64,000 bases of DNA, from the NCBI GenBank assembly GCA_051362555.1, contig CM120648.1, positions 13,822,587 to 13,886,586 on the forward strand, in the 5' to 3' direction. Shown piece after piece: positions 1-13,000 of the stretch. Source of the DNA: Lingula anatina. Lineage: Eukaryota > Animalia > Brachiopoda. Position 1 is the first letter of the stretch, and every line of letters begins with the position of its first letter. Below the pieces are notes generated by a model that was not told where the DNA came from, searched no databases, and saw only the letters and a program-made list of their open reading frames with translations. The translations under genes and the position numbers were made by a program.

Positions 1-341
1 AGTGCTCTTTCTCATCCATGTGTGCAATACATGATATGTGGCAAGATTAAGGACATGGTCAAATGGTGTGCTAACAGTCCGATTCCAGAAACCCACTGTA
101 AGGATGAGTCTGCATCTGGTATTGGTAGTAAGGAGAAGTCTTGATTGGGTATATGTTGTTTTTCAGAGAACAATAATAGGTTATTAACCACTTCCTACAC
201 AAACCAACACAAGTCATCACATATATTGTTTTATTTGAGATAAAATGATTTATTGTAATATTGAAATATTTGTTTTTCGTAAGTTCCCACTCTTCTTATA
301 TGAATTGGCAATAAAATACATTTAAATTAAACACAGGGATG

Positions 342-655
342 TGATAAGCTTTTCTCAGATTTTTATTGTTGTAAAGCATCATTTGTACAAATTTCACAAA
401 GATTGGACCACATTTGTCCAAATTATTAACGTTTAACTATTTTGATCCATGGAATTTGCCATTGTTTTCAATGTAATTTTTAGTTTTTTCGAATATATTG
501 TCCGAAAAATGGTTTTGATTACACACAGTCAACTGATAACCTTATCTCAGATTTTTATTGTTATTAGGCATCATTTATACCAATTTCATAAACATTGTAC
601 CAGATTTGTGAAAATTATTAACATTTAACTATTTTATTCCATGGAATTTTTCCTT
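342..655. repeat. Internal 192-bp subrepeat within the 770-bp unit (one full monomer plus one partial; example copy)
   Basis: tgataagcttttctcagatttttattgttg...ccatggaattt at 342 and tgataaccttatctcagatttttattgtta...ccatggaattt at 534, 192 bp apart. Confidence 0.92.
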
Positions 656-662
656 TTTCCAG

Positions 663-1048
663 GTAAACCTTCCATTGCAGCCTTGTGGCTTCTTGGTTGA
701 CAGACTCTTACTGTCTCTTTATGGCTAATGCCTATAGAAAAAAACAGGCATTGAAAGACAACATCAGAAGCAGTGCTCTGTCTCATCCATGTGTGCAATA
801 CATGATATGTGGCAAGATTAAGGACATGGTCAAATGGTGTGCTAACAGTCCAATTCCAGAAACCCACTGTAAGGATGAGTCTGCATCTGGTATTGGTAGT
901 AAGGAGAAGTCTTGATTGGGTATATGTTGTTTTTCAGAGAACAATAATAGGTTATTAACCACTTCCTACACAAACCAACACAAGTCATCACATATATTGT
1001 TTTATTTGAGATAAAATGATTTATTGTAATATTGAAATATTTGTTTTC
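663..1048 (+). other. Putative non-coding exon repeated in nearly every array unit (example copy)
   Basis: Branch-like TTAAC (~628), AG-free pyrimidine tract tttttcctttttccAG (661-662), GTAAGT at 1049 and AATAAA at 1080-1085. All three frames after the acceptor hit stops within 22 codons. Confidence 0.45.
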
Positions 1049-4000
1049 GTAAGTTCCCACTCTTCTTATATGAATTGGCAATAAAATACATTTAAATTAA
1101 ATACAGGGATGTGATAAGCTTTTCTCAGATTTTTATTGTTGTAAAGCATCATTTGTACTAATTTCACAAAGATTGGACCACATTTGTCCAAATTATTAAC
1201 GTTTAACTATTTTGATCCATGGAATTTGCCATTGTTTTCAATGTAATTTTTAGTTTTTTCGAATATATTGTCCGAAAAATGGTTTTGATTACACACAGTC
1301 AACTGATAACCTTATCTCAGATTTTTATTGTTATTAGGCATCATTTATACCAATTTCATAAACATTGTACCAGATTTGTGAAAATTATTAACATTTAACT
1401 ATTTTATTCCATGGAATTTTTCCTTTTTCCAGGTAAACCTTCCATTGCAGCCTTGTGGCTTCTTGGTTGACAGACTCTTCCTGTCTCTTTATGGCTAATG
1501 TCTATAGAACAAAAAAGGCATTGAAAGACAACATCAGGAGCAGTGCTCTTTCTCATCCATGTGTGCAATACATGATATGTGGCAAGATTAAGGACATGGT
1601 CAAATGGTGTGCTTACAGTCCAATTCCAGAAACCCACTGTAAGGATGAGTCTGCATCTGGTATTGGTAGTAAGGAGAAGTCTTGATTGGGTATATGTTGT
1701 TTTTCAGAGAACAATAATAGGTAATTTGCCACTTCCTACACAAACCAACACAAGTCATCACATATATTGTTTTATTTGAGATAAAATGATTTATTGTAAT
1801 ATTGAAATATTTGTTTTCGTAAGTTCCCACTCTTCTTATATGAATTGGCAATAAAAAACATTTAAATTAAATACAGGGATGTGATAAGCTTTTCTCAGAT
1901 TTTTATTGTTGTAAAGCATCATTTGTACAAATTTCACAAAGATTGGACCACATTTGTCCAAATTATTAACGTTTAACTATTTTGATCCATGGAATTTGCC
2001 ATTGTTTTCAATGTAATTTTTAGTTTTCTCGAATATATTGTCCGAAAAATGGTTTTGATTACACACAGTCAACTGATAACCTTATCTCAGATTTTTATTG
2101 TTATTAGGCATCATTTATACCAATTTCATAAACATTGTACCAGATTTGTGAAAATTATTAACATTTAACTATTTTATTCCATGGAATTTTTCCTTTTTCC
2201 AGGTAAACCTTCCATTGCAGCCTTGTGGCTTCTTGGTTGACAGACTCTTACTGTCTCTTTATGGCTAATGCCTATAGAAAAAAACAGGCATTGAAAGACA
2301 ACATCAGAAGCAGTGCTCTGTCTCATCCATGTGTGCAATACATGATATGTGGCAAGATTAAGGACATGGTCAAATGGTGTGCTAACAGTCCAATTCCAGA
2401 AACCCACTGTAAGGATGAGTCTGCATCTGGTATTGGTAGTAAGGAGAAGTCTTGATTGGGTATATGTTGTTTTTCAGAGAACAATAATAGGTAATTTGCC
2501 AGTTCCTACACAAACAAACACAAGTCATCACATTTGTTGTTTTATTTGAGATATAATGATTTATTGAAATATTGAAATATTTGTTTTTCGTAAGTTCTCA
2601 CTCTTCTGAAATGAATTGGCAATAACATACACTTAGATTAAACAAAGGGATGTGATAAGCTTTTCTCAGATTTTTATTATTGTAAAGCATCATTTGTACA
2701 AATTTCACAAAGATTGGACCACATTTGTCCAAATTATTAACATTTAACTATTTTATTCCATGGAATTTTTCCTTTTTCCAGGTAAACCTTCCATTGCAGC
2801 CTTGTGGCTTCTTGGTTGACAGACTCTTCCTGTCTCTTTATGGCTAATGTCTATAGAACAAAAAAGGCATTGAAAGACAACATCAGGAGCAGTGCTCTTT
2901 CTCATCCATGTGTGCAATACATGATATGTGGCAAGATTAAGGACATGGTCAAATGGTGTGCTAACAGTCCGATTCCAGAAACCCACTGTAAGGATGAGTC
3001 TGCATCTGGTATTGGTAGTAAGGAGAAGTCTTGATTGGGTATATGTTGTTTTTCAGAGAACAATAATAGGTTATTAACCACTTCCTACACAAACCAACAC
3101 AAGTCATCACATATATTGTTTTATTTGAGATAAAATGATTTATTGTAATATTGAAATATTTGTTTTCGTAAGTTCCCACTCTTCTTATATGAATTGGCAA
3201 TAAAATACATTTAAATTAAACACAGGGATGTGATAAGCTTTTCTCAGATTTTTATTGGTGTAAAGCATCATTTGTACAAATTTCACAAAGATTGGACCAC
3301 ATTTGTCCAAATTATTAACGTTTAACTATTTTGATCCATGGAATTTGCCATTGTTTTCAATGTAATTTTTAGTTTTTTCGAATATATTGTCCGAAAAATG
3401 GTTTTGATTACACACAGTCAACTGATAACCTTATCTCAGATTTTTATTGTTATTAGGCATCATTTATACCAATTTCATAAACATTGTACCAGATTTGTGA
3501 AAATTATTAACATTTAACTATTTTATTCCATGGAATTTTTCCTTTTTCCAGGTAAACCTTCCATTGCAGCCTTGTGGCTTCTTGGTTGACAGACTCTTCC
3601 TGTCTCTTTATGGCTAATGTCTATAGAACAAAAAAGGCATTGAAAGACAACATCAGGAGCAGTGCTCTTTCTCATCCATGTGTGCAATACATGATATGTG
3701 GCAAGATTAAGGACATGGTCAAATGGTGTGCTAACAGTCCGATTCCAGAAACCCACTGTAAGGATGAGTCTGCATCTGGTATTGGTAGTAAGGAGAAGTC
3801 TTGATTGGGTATATGTTGTTTTTCAGAGAACAATAATAGGTTATTAACCACTTCCTACACAAACCAACACAAGTCATCACATATATTGTTTTATTTGAGA
3901 TAAAATGATTTATTGTAATATTGAAATATTTGTTTTCGTAAGTTCCCACTCTTCTTATATGAATTGGCAATAAAATACATTTAAATTAAACACAGGGATG

Positions 4001-7000
4001 TGATAAGCTTTTCTCAGATTTTTATTGGTGTAAAGCATCATTTGTACAAATTTCACAAAGATTGGACCACATTTGTCCAAATTATTAACGTTTAACTATT
4101 TTGATCCATGGAATTTGCCATTGTTTTCAATGTAATTTTTAGTTTTTTCGAATATATTGTCCGAAAAATGGTTTTGATTACACACAGTCAACTGATAACC
4201 TTATCTCAGATTTTTATTGTTATTAGGCATCATTTATACCAATTTCATAAACATTGTACCAGATTTGTGAAAATTATTAACATTTAACTATTTTATTCCA
4301 TGGAATTTTTCCTTTTTCCAGGTAAACCTTCCATTGCAGCCTTGTGGCTTCTTGGTTGACAGACTCTTACTGTCTCTTTATGGCTAATGCCTATAGAAAA
4401 AAACAGGCATTGAAAGACAACATCAGAAGCAGTGCTCTGTCTCATCCATGTGTGCAATACATGATATGTGGCAAGATTAAGGACATGGTCAAATGGTGTG
4501 CTAACAGTCCAATTCCAGAAACCCACTGTAAGGATGAGTCTGCATCTGGTATTGGTAGTAAGGAGAAGTCTTGATTGGGTATATGTTGTTTTTCAGAGAA
4601 CAATAATAGGTTATTAACCACTTCCTACACAAACCAACACAAGTCATCACATATATTGTTTTATTTGAGATAAAATGATTTATTGTAATATTGAAATATT
4701 TGTTTTCGTAAGTTCCCACTCTTCTTATATGAATTGGCAATAAAAAACATTTAAATTAAATACAGGGATGTGATAAGCTTTTCTCAGATTTTTATTGTTG
4801 TAAAGCATCATTTGTACAAATTTCACAAAGATTGGACCACATTTGTCCAAATTATTAACGTTTAACTATTTTGATCCATGGAATTTGCCATTGTTTTCAA
4901 TGTAATTTTTAGTTTTCTCGAATATATTGTCCGAAAAATGGTTTTGATTACACACAGTCAACTGATAACCTTATCTCAGATTTTTATTGTTATTAGGCAT
5001 CATTTATACCAATTTCATAAACATTGTACCAGATTTGTGAAAATTATTGACATTTAACTATTTTATTCCATGGAATTTTTCCTTTTTCCAGGTAAACCTT
5101 CCATTGCAGCCTTGTGGCTTCTTGGTTGACAGACTCTTACTGTCTCTTTATGGCTAATGCCTATAGAAAAAAACAGGCATTGAAAGACAACATCAGAAGC
5201 AGTGCTCTGTCTCATCCATGTGTGCAATACATGATATGTGGCAAGATTAAGGACATGGTCAAATGGTGTGCTTACAGTCCAATTCCAGAAACCCACTGTA
5301 TGGATGAGTCTGCATCTGGTATTGGTAGTAAGGAGAAGTCTTGATTGGGTATATGTTGTTTTTCAGAGAACAATAATAGGTTATTAACCACTTCCTACAC
5401 AAACCAACACAAGTCATCACATATATTGTTTTATTTGAGATAAAATGATTTATTGTAATATTGAAATATTTGTTTTCGTAAGTTCCCACTCTTCTTATAT
5501 GAATTGGCAATAAAATACATTTAAATTAAACACAGGGATGTGATAAGCTTTTCTCAGATTTTTATTGTTGTAAAGCATCATTTGTACAAATTTCACAAAG
5601 ATTGGACCACATTTGTCCAAATTATTAACGTTTAACTATTTTGATCCATGGAATTTGCCATTGTTTTCAATGTAATTTTTAGTTTTTTCGAATATATTGT
5701 CCGAAAAATGGTTTTGATTACACACAGTCAACTGATAACCTTATCTCAGATTTTTATTGTTATTAGGCATCATTTATACCAATTTCATAAACATTGTACC
5801 AGATTTGTGAAAATTATTAACATTTAACTATTTTATTCCATGGAATTTTTCCTTTTTCCAGGTAAACCTTCCATTGCAGCCTTGTGGCTTCTTGGTTGAC
5901 AGACTCTTACTGTCTCTTTATGGCTAATGCCTATAGAAAAAAACAGGCATTGAAAGACAACATCAGAAGCAGTGCTCTGTCTCATCCATGTGTGCAATAC
6001 ATGATATGTGGCAAGATTAAGGACATGGTCAAATGGTGTGCTAACAGTCCAATTCCAGAAACCCACTGTAAGGATGAGTCTGCATCTGGTATTGGTAGTA
6101 AGGAGAAGTCTTGATTGGGTATATGTTGTTTTTCAGAGAACAATAATAGGTTATTAACCACTTCCTACACAAACCAACACAAGTCATCACATATATTGTT
6201 TTATTTGAGATAAAATGATTTATTGTAATATTGAAATATTTGTTTTCGTAAGTTCCCACTCTTCTTATATGAATTGGCAATAAAATACATTTAAATTAAA
6301 TACAGGGATGTGATAAGCTTTTCTCAGATTTTTATTGTTGTAAAGCATCATTTGCACTAATTTCACAAAGATTGGACCACATTTGTCCAAATTATTAACG
6401 TTTAACTATTTTGATCCATGGAATTTGCCATTGTTTTCAATGTAATTTTTAGTTTTTTCGAATATATTGTCCGAAAAATGGTTTTGATTACACACAGTCA
6501 ACTGATAACCTTATCTCAGATTTTTATTGTTATTAGGCATCATTTATACCAATTTCATAAACATTGTACCAGATTTGTGAAAATTATTAACATTTAACTA
6601 TTTTATTCCATGGAATTTTTCCTTTTTCCAGGTAAACCTTCCATTGCAGCCTTGTGGCTTCTTGGTTGACAGACTCTTCCTGTCTCTTTATGGCTAATGT
6701 CTATAGAACAAAAAAGGCATTGAAAGACAACATCAGGAGCAGTGCTCTTTCTCATCCATGTGTGCAATACATGATATGTGGCAAGATTAAGGACATGGTC
6801 AAATGGTGTGCTTACAGTCCAATTCCAGAAACCCACTGTAAGGATGAGTCTGCATCTGGTATTGGTAGTAAGGAGAAGTCTTGATTGGGTATATGTTGTT
6901 TTTCAGAGAACAATAATAGGTAATTTGCCACTTCCTACACAAACCAACACAAGTCATCACATATGTTGTTTTATTTGAGATAAAATGCTTTATTGGAATA

Positions 7001-10000
7001 TTGAAATATTTGTTTTCGTAAGTTCCCACTCTTCTCATATGAATTGGCAATAAAATACATTTAAATTAAACACAGGGATGTGATAGCCTTTTCTCAGATT
7101 TTTATTGTTGTAAAGCATCATTTGTACAAATTTCACAAAGATTGGACCACATTTGTGCAAATTATTAACGTTTAACTATTTTGATCCATGGAATTTGTCA
7201 TTGTTTTCAATGTAATTTTTAGTTTTCTCGAATATATTGTCTGAAAAATGGTTATGATTACACACAGTCAACTGATAATCTTATCTCAGATTTTTATTGT
7301 TTTTAGGCATCATTTATACCAATTTCATAAACATTGGACCAGATTTGTGAAAATTATTAACATTTAACTATTTTATTCCATGGAATTTTTCCTTTTTCCA
7401 GGTAAACCTTCCATTGCAGCCTTGTGGCTTCTTGGTTGACAGACTCTTCCTGTCTCTTTATGGCTAATGTCTATAGAACAAAAAAGGCATTGAAAGACAA
7501 CATCAGGAGCAGTGCTCTTTCTCATCCATGTGTGCAATACATGATATGTGGCAAGATTAAGGACATGGTCAAATGGTGTGCTAACAGTCCGATTCCAGAA
7601 ACCCACTGTAAGGATGAGTCTGCATCTGGTATTGGTAGTAAGGAGAAGTCTTGATTGGGTATATGTTGTTTTTCAGAGAACAATAATAGGTAATTTGCCA
7701 GTTCCTACACAAACAAACACAAGTCATCACATTTGTTGTTTTATTTGAGATATAATGATTTATTGAAATATTGAAATATTTGTTTTTCGTAAGTTCTCAC
7801 TCTTCTGAAATGAATTGGCAATAACATACACTTAGATTAAACACAGGGATGTGATAAGCTTTTCTCAGATTTTTATTATTGTAAAGCATCATTTGTACAA
7901 ATTTCACAAAGATTGGACCACATTTGTCCAAATTATTAACGTTTAACTATTTTGATCCATGGAATTTGCCATTGTTTTCAATGTAATTTTTAGTTTTCTC
8001 GAATATATTGTCCGAAAAATGGTTTTGATTACACACAGTCAACTGATAACCTTATCTCAGATTTTTATTGTTATTAGGCATCATTTATACCAATTTCACA
8101 AACATTGGACCAGATTTGTGAAAATTATTAACATTTAACTATTTTATTCCATGGAATTTTTCCTTTTTCCAGGTAAACCTTCCATTGCAGCCTTGTGGCT
8201 TCTTGGTTGACAGACTCTTACTGTCTCTTTATGGCTAATGCCTATAGAAAAAAACAGGCATTGAAAGACAACATCAGAAGCAGTGCTCTGTCTCATCCAT
8301 GTGTGCAATACATGATATGTGGCAAGATTAAGGACATGGTCAAATGGTGTGCTAACAGTCCAATTCCAGAAACCCACTGTAAGGATGAGTCTGCATCTGG
8401 TATTGGTAGTAAGGAGAAGTCTTGATTGGGTATATGTTGTTTTTCAGAGAACAATAATAGGTAATTTGCCAGTTCCTACACAAACAAACACAAGTCATCA
8501 CATTTGTTGTTTTATTTGAGATATAATGATTTATTGAAATATTGAAATATTTGTTTTTCGTAAGTTCTCACTCTTCTGAAATGAATTGGCAATAACATAC
8601 ACTTAGATTAAACAAAGGGATGTGATAAGCTTTTCTCAGATTTTTATTATTGTAAAGCATCATTTGTACAAATTTCACAAAGATTGGACCACATTTGTCC
8701 AAATTATTAACGTTTAACTATTTTGATCCATGGAATTTGCCATTGTTTTCAATGTAATTTTTAGTTTTCTCGCATATATTGTCCGAAAAATGGTTTTGAT
8801 TACACACAGTCAACTGATAATCTTATCTCAGATTTTTATTGTTATAAGGTATCATTTACACAAATTTCACAAACATTGGACCAGATTTGTGAAAATTATT
8901 AACATTTAACTATTTTATTCCATGGAATTTGCCCTTTTTCCAGGTAAACCTTCCATTGCAGCCTTGTGGCTTCTTGGTTGACAGACTCTTCCTGTCTCTT
9001 TATGGCTAATGTCTATAGAACAAAAAAGGCATTGAAAGACAACATCAGGAGCAGTGCTCTTTCTCATCCATGTGTGCAATACATGATATGTGGCAAGATT
9101 AAGGACATGGTCAAATGGTGTGCTTACAGTCCAATTCCAGAAACCCACTGTATGGATGAGTCTGCATCTGGTATTGGTAGTAAGGAGAAGTCTTGATTGG
9201 GTATATGTTGTTTTTCAGAGAACAATAATAGGTAATTTGCCACAACCTACACCAACCACATTTGTCCAAATTATTAATGTTTAACTATTTTGATCCATGG
9301 AATTTGCCATTGTTTCCAATGTAATTTTTAGTTTTCTCAAATATATTGTCCGAAAAATAGTTTTGATTACACACTGTAAACTGATAATCTTATCTCAGAT
9401 TTTTGTTGTTATTAGGCATCATTTATACCAATTTCACAAACATTGGACCAGATTTGTGAAAATTATTAATGTTTAACTATTTTGATCCATGGATTTTGCC
9501 CTTTTTCCAGGTAAACCTTCCATTGCAGCCTTGTGGCTTCTTGGTTGACAGACTCTTCCTGTCTCTTTATGGCCAATGCCTATAGAAAAAAACAGGCATT
9601 GAAAGACAACATCAGGAGCAGTGCTCTGTCTCATCTATGTGTGCAATACATGATATGTGGCAAGATTAAGGACATGGTCAAATGGTGTGCTAACAGTCCA
9701 ATTCCAGAAACCCACTGTAAGGATGTGCCTGCATCTGGTATTGGTAGTAAGGAGAAGTCTTGATTGGGTATATGTTGTTTTTCAGAGAACAATAATAGGT
9801 AATTTGCCACTTCCTACACAAACAAACACAAGTCATCACATTTGTTGTTTTATTAGAGATAAAATGATTTATTGAAATATTGAAATATTTGTTTTTCGTA
9901 AGTTCTCACTCTTCTGATATGAATTGGTAATAAAATACACTTCAATTAAACACAGGGATGTGATAAGCTTTTCTCAGATTTTTATTGTTGTAAAGCATCA

Positions 10001-13000
10001 TTTGTACAAATTTCACAAAGATTGGACCACATTTGTCCAAATTATTAACGTTTAACTATTTTGATCCATGGAATTTGCCATTGTTTTCAATGTAATTTTT
10101 AGTTTTTTCGAATATATTGTCCGAAAAATGGTTTTGATTACACACAGTCAACTGATAACCTTATCTCAGATTTTTATTGTTATTAGGCATCATTTATACC
10201 AATTTCATAAACATTGTACCAGATTTGTGAAAATTATTAACATTTAACTATTTTATTCCATGGAATTTTTCCTTTTTCCAGGTAAACCTTCCATTGCAGC
10301 CTTGTGGCTTCTTGGTTGACAGACTCTTACTGTCTCTTTATGGCTAATGCCTATAGAAAAAAACAGGCATTGAAAGACAACATCAGAAGCAGTGCTCTGT
10401 CTCATCCATGTGTGCAATACATGATATGTGGCAAGATTAAGGACATGGTCAAATGGTGTGCTAACAGTCCAATTCCAGAAACCCACTGTAAGGATGAGTC
10501 TGCATCTGGTATTGGTAGTAAGGAGAAGTCTTGATTGGGTATATGTTGTTTTTCAGAGAACAATAATAGGTTATTAACCACTTCCTACACAAACCAACAC
10601 AAGTCATCACATATATTGTTTTATTTGAGATAAAATGATTTATTGTAATATTGAAATATTTGTTTTCGTAAGTTCCCACTCTTCTTATATGAATTGGCAA
10701 TAAAAAACATTTAAATTAAATACAGGGATGTGATAAGCTTTTCTCAGATTTTTATTGTTGTAAAGCATCATTTGTACAAATTTCACAAAGATTGGACCAC
10801 ATTTGTCCAAATTATTAACGTTTAACTATTTTGATCCATGGAATTTGCCATTGTTTTCAATGTAATTTTTAGTTTTCTCGAATATATTGTCCGAAAAATG
10901 GTTTTGATTACACACAGTCAACTGATAACCTTATCTCAGATTTTTATTGTTATTAGGCATCATTTATACCAATTTCATAAACATTGTACCAGATTTGTGA
11001 AAATTATTAACATTTAACTATTTTATTCCATGGAATTTTTCCTTTTTCCAGGTAAACCTTCCATTGCAGCCTTGTGGCTTCTTGGTTGACAGACTCTTAC
11101 TGTCTCTTTATGGCTAATGCCTATAGAAAAAAACAGGCATTGAAAGACAACATCAGAAGCAGTGCTCTGTCTCATCCATGTGTGCAATACATGATATGTG
11201 GCAAGATTAAGGACATGGTCAAATGGTGTGCTAACAGTCCGATTCCAGAAACCCACTGTAAGGATGAGTCTGCATCTGGTATTGGTAGTAAGGAGAAGTC
11301 TTGATTGGGTGTATGTTGTTTTTCAGAGAACAATAATAGGTAATTTGCCAGTTCCTACACAAACAAACACAAGTCATCACATTTGTTGTTTTATTAGAGA
11401 TAAAATGATTTATTGAAATATTGAAATATTTGTTTTTCGTAAGTTCTCACTCTTCTGATATGAATTGGTAATAAAATACACTTCAATTAAACACAGGGAT
11501 GTGATAAGCTTTTCTCAGATTTTTATTGTTGTAAAGCATCATTTGTACAAATTTCACAAAGATTGGACCACATTTGTCCAAATTATTAACGTTTAACTAT
11601 TTTGATCCATGGAATTTGCCATTGTTTTCAATGTAATTTTTAGTTTTCTCGAATATATTGTCTGAAAAATGGTTTTGATTACACACAGTCAACTGATAAT
11701 CTTATCTCAGATTTTTATTGTTATTAGGCATCATTTATACCAATTTCACAAACATTGGACCAGATTTGTGAAAATTATTAACATTTAACTATTTTATTCC
11801 ATGGAATTTTTCCTTTTTCCAGGTAAACCTTCCATTGCAGCCTTGTGGCTTCTTGGTTGACAGACTCTTCCTGTCTCTTTATGGCTAATGTCTATAGAAC
11901 AAAAAAGGCATTGAAAGACAACATCAGGAGCAGTGCTCTTTCTCATCCATGTGTGCAATACATGATATGTGGCAAGATTAAGGACATGGTCAAATGGTGT
12001 GCTAACAGTCCGATTCCAGAAACCCACTGTAAGGATGAGTCTGCATCTGGTATTGGTAGTAAGGAGAAGTCTTGATTGGGTATATGTTGTTTTTCAGAGA
12101 ACAATAATAGGTTATTAACCACTTCCTACACAAACCAACACAAGTCATCACATATATTGTTTTATTTGAGATAAAATGATTTATTGTAATATTGAAATAT
12201 TTGTTTTCGTAAGTTCCCACTCTTCTTATATGAATTGGCAATAAAATACATTTAAATTAAACACAGGGATGTGATAAGCTTTTCTCAGATTTTTATTGTT
12301 GTAAAGCATCATTTGTACAAATTTCACAAAGATTGGACCACATTTGTCCAAATTATTAACGTTTAACTATTTTGATCCATGGAATTTGCCATTGTTTTCA
12401 ATGTAATTTTTAGTTTTTTCGAATATATTGTCCGAAAAATGGTTTTGATTACACACAGTCAACTGATAACCTTATCTCAGATTTTTATTGTTATTAGGCA
12501 TCATTTATACCAATTTCATAAACATTGTACCAGATTTGTGAAAATTATTAACATTTAACTATTTTATTCCATGGAATTTTTCCTTTTTCCAGGTAAACCT
12601 TCCATTGCAGCCTTGTGGCTTCTTGGTTGACAGACTCTTACTGTCTCTTTATGGCTAATGCCTATAGAAAAAAACAGGCATTGAAAGACAACATCAGAAG
12701 CAGTGCTCTGTCTCATCCATGTGTGCAATACATGATATGTGGCAAGATTAAGGACATGGTCAAATGGTGTGCTAACAGTCCAATTCCAGAAACCCACTGT
12801 AAGGATGAGTCTGCATCTGGTATTGGTAGTAAGGAGAAGTCTTGATTGGGTATATGTTGTTTTTCAGAGAACAATAATAGGTTATTAACCACTTCCTACA
12901 CAAACCAACACAAGTCATCACATATATTGTTTTATTTGAGATAAAATGATTTATTGTAATATTGAAATATTTGTTTTCGTAAGTTCCCACTCTTCTTATA

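Noticed and set aside
672-805. H/ACA snoRNA-like layout in the unit (hairpin, ATAGAA, hairpin, ACA)
   Set aside because: The stems are short, the pockets are asymmetric, and the position is exonic rather than intronic. It would need covariance-model support.
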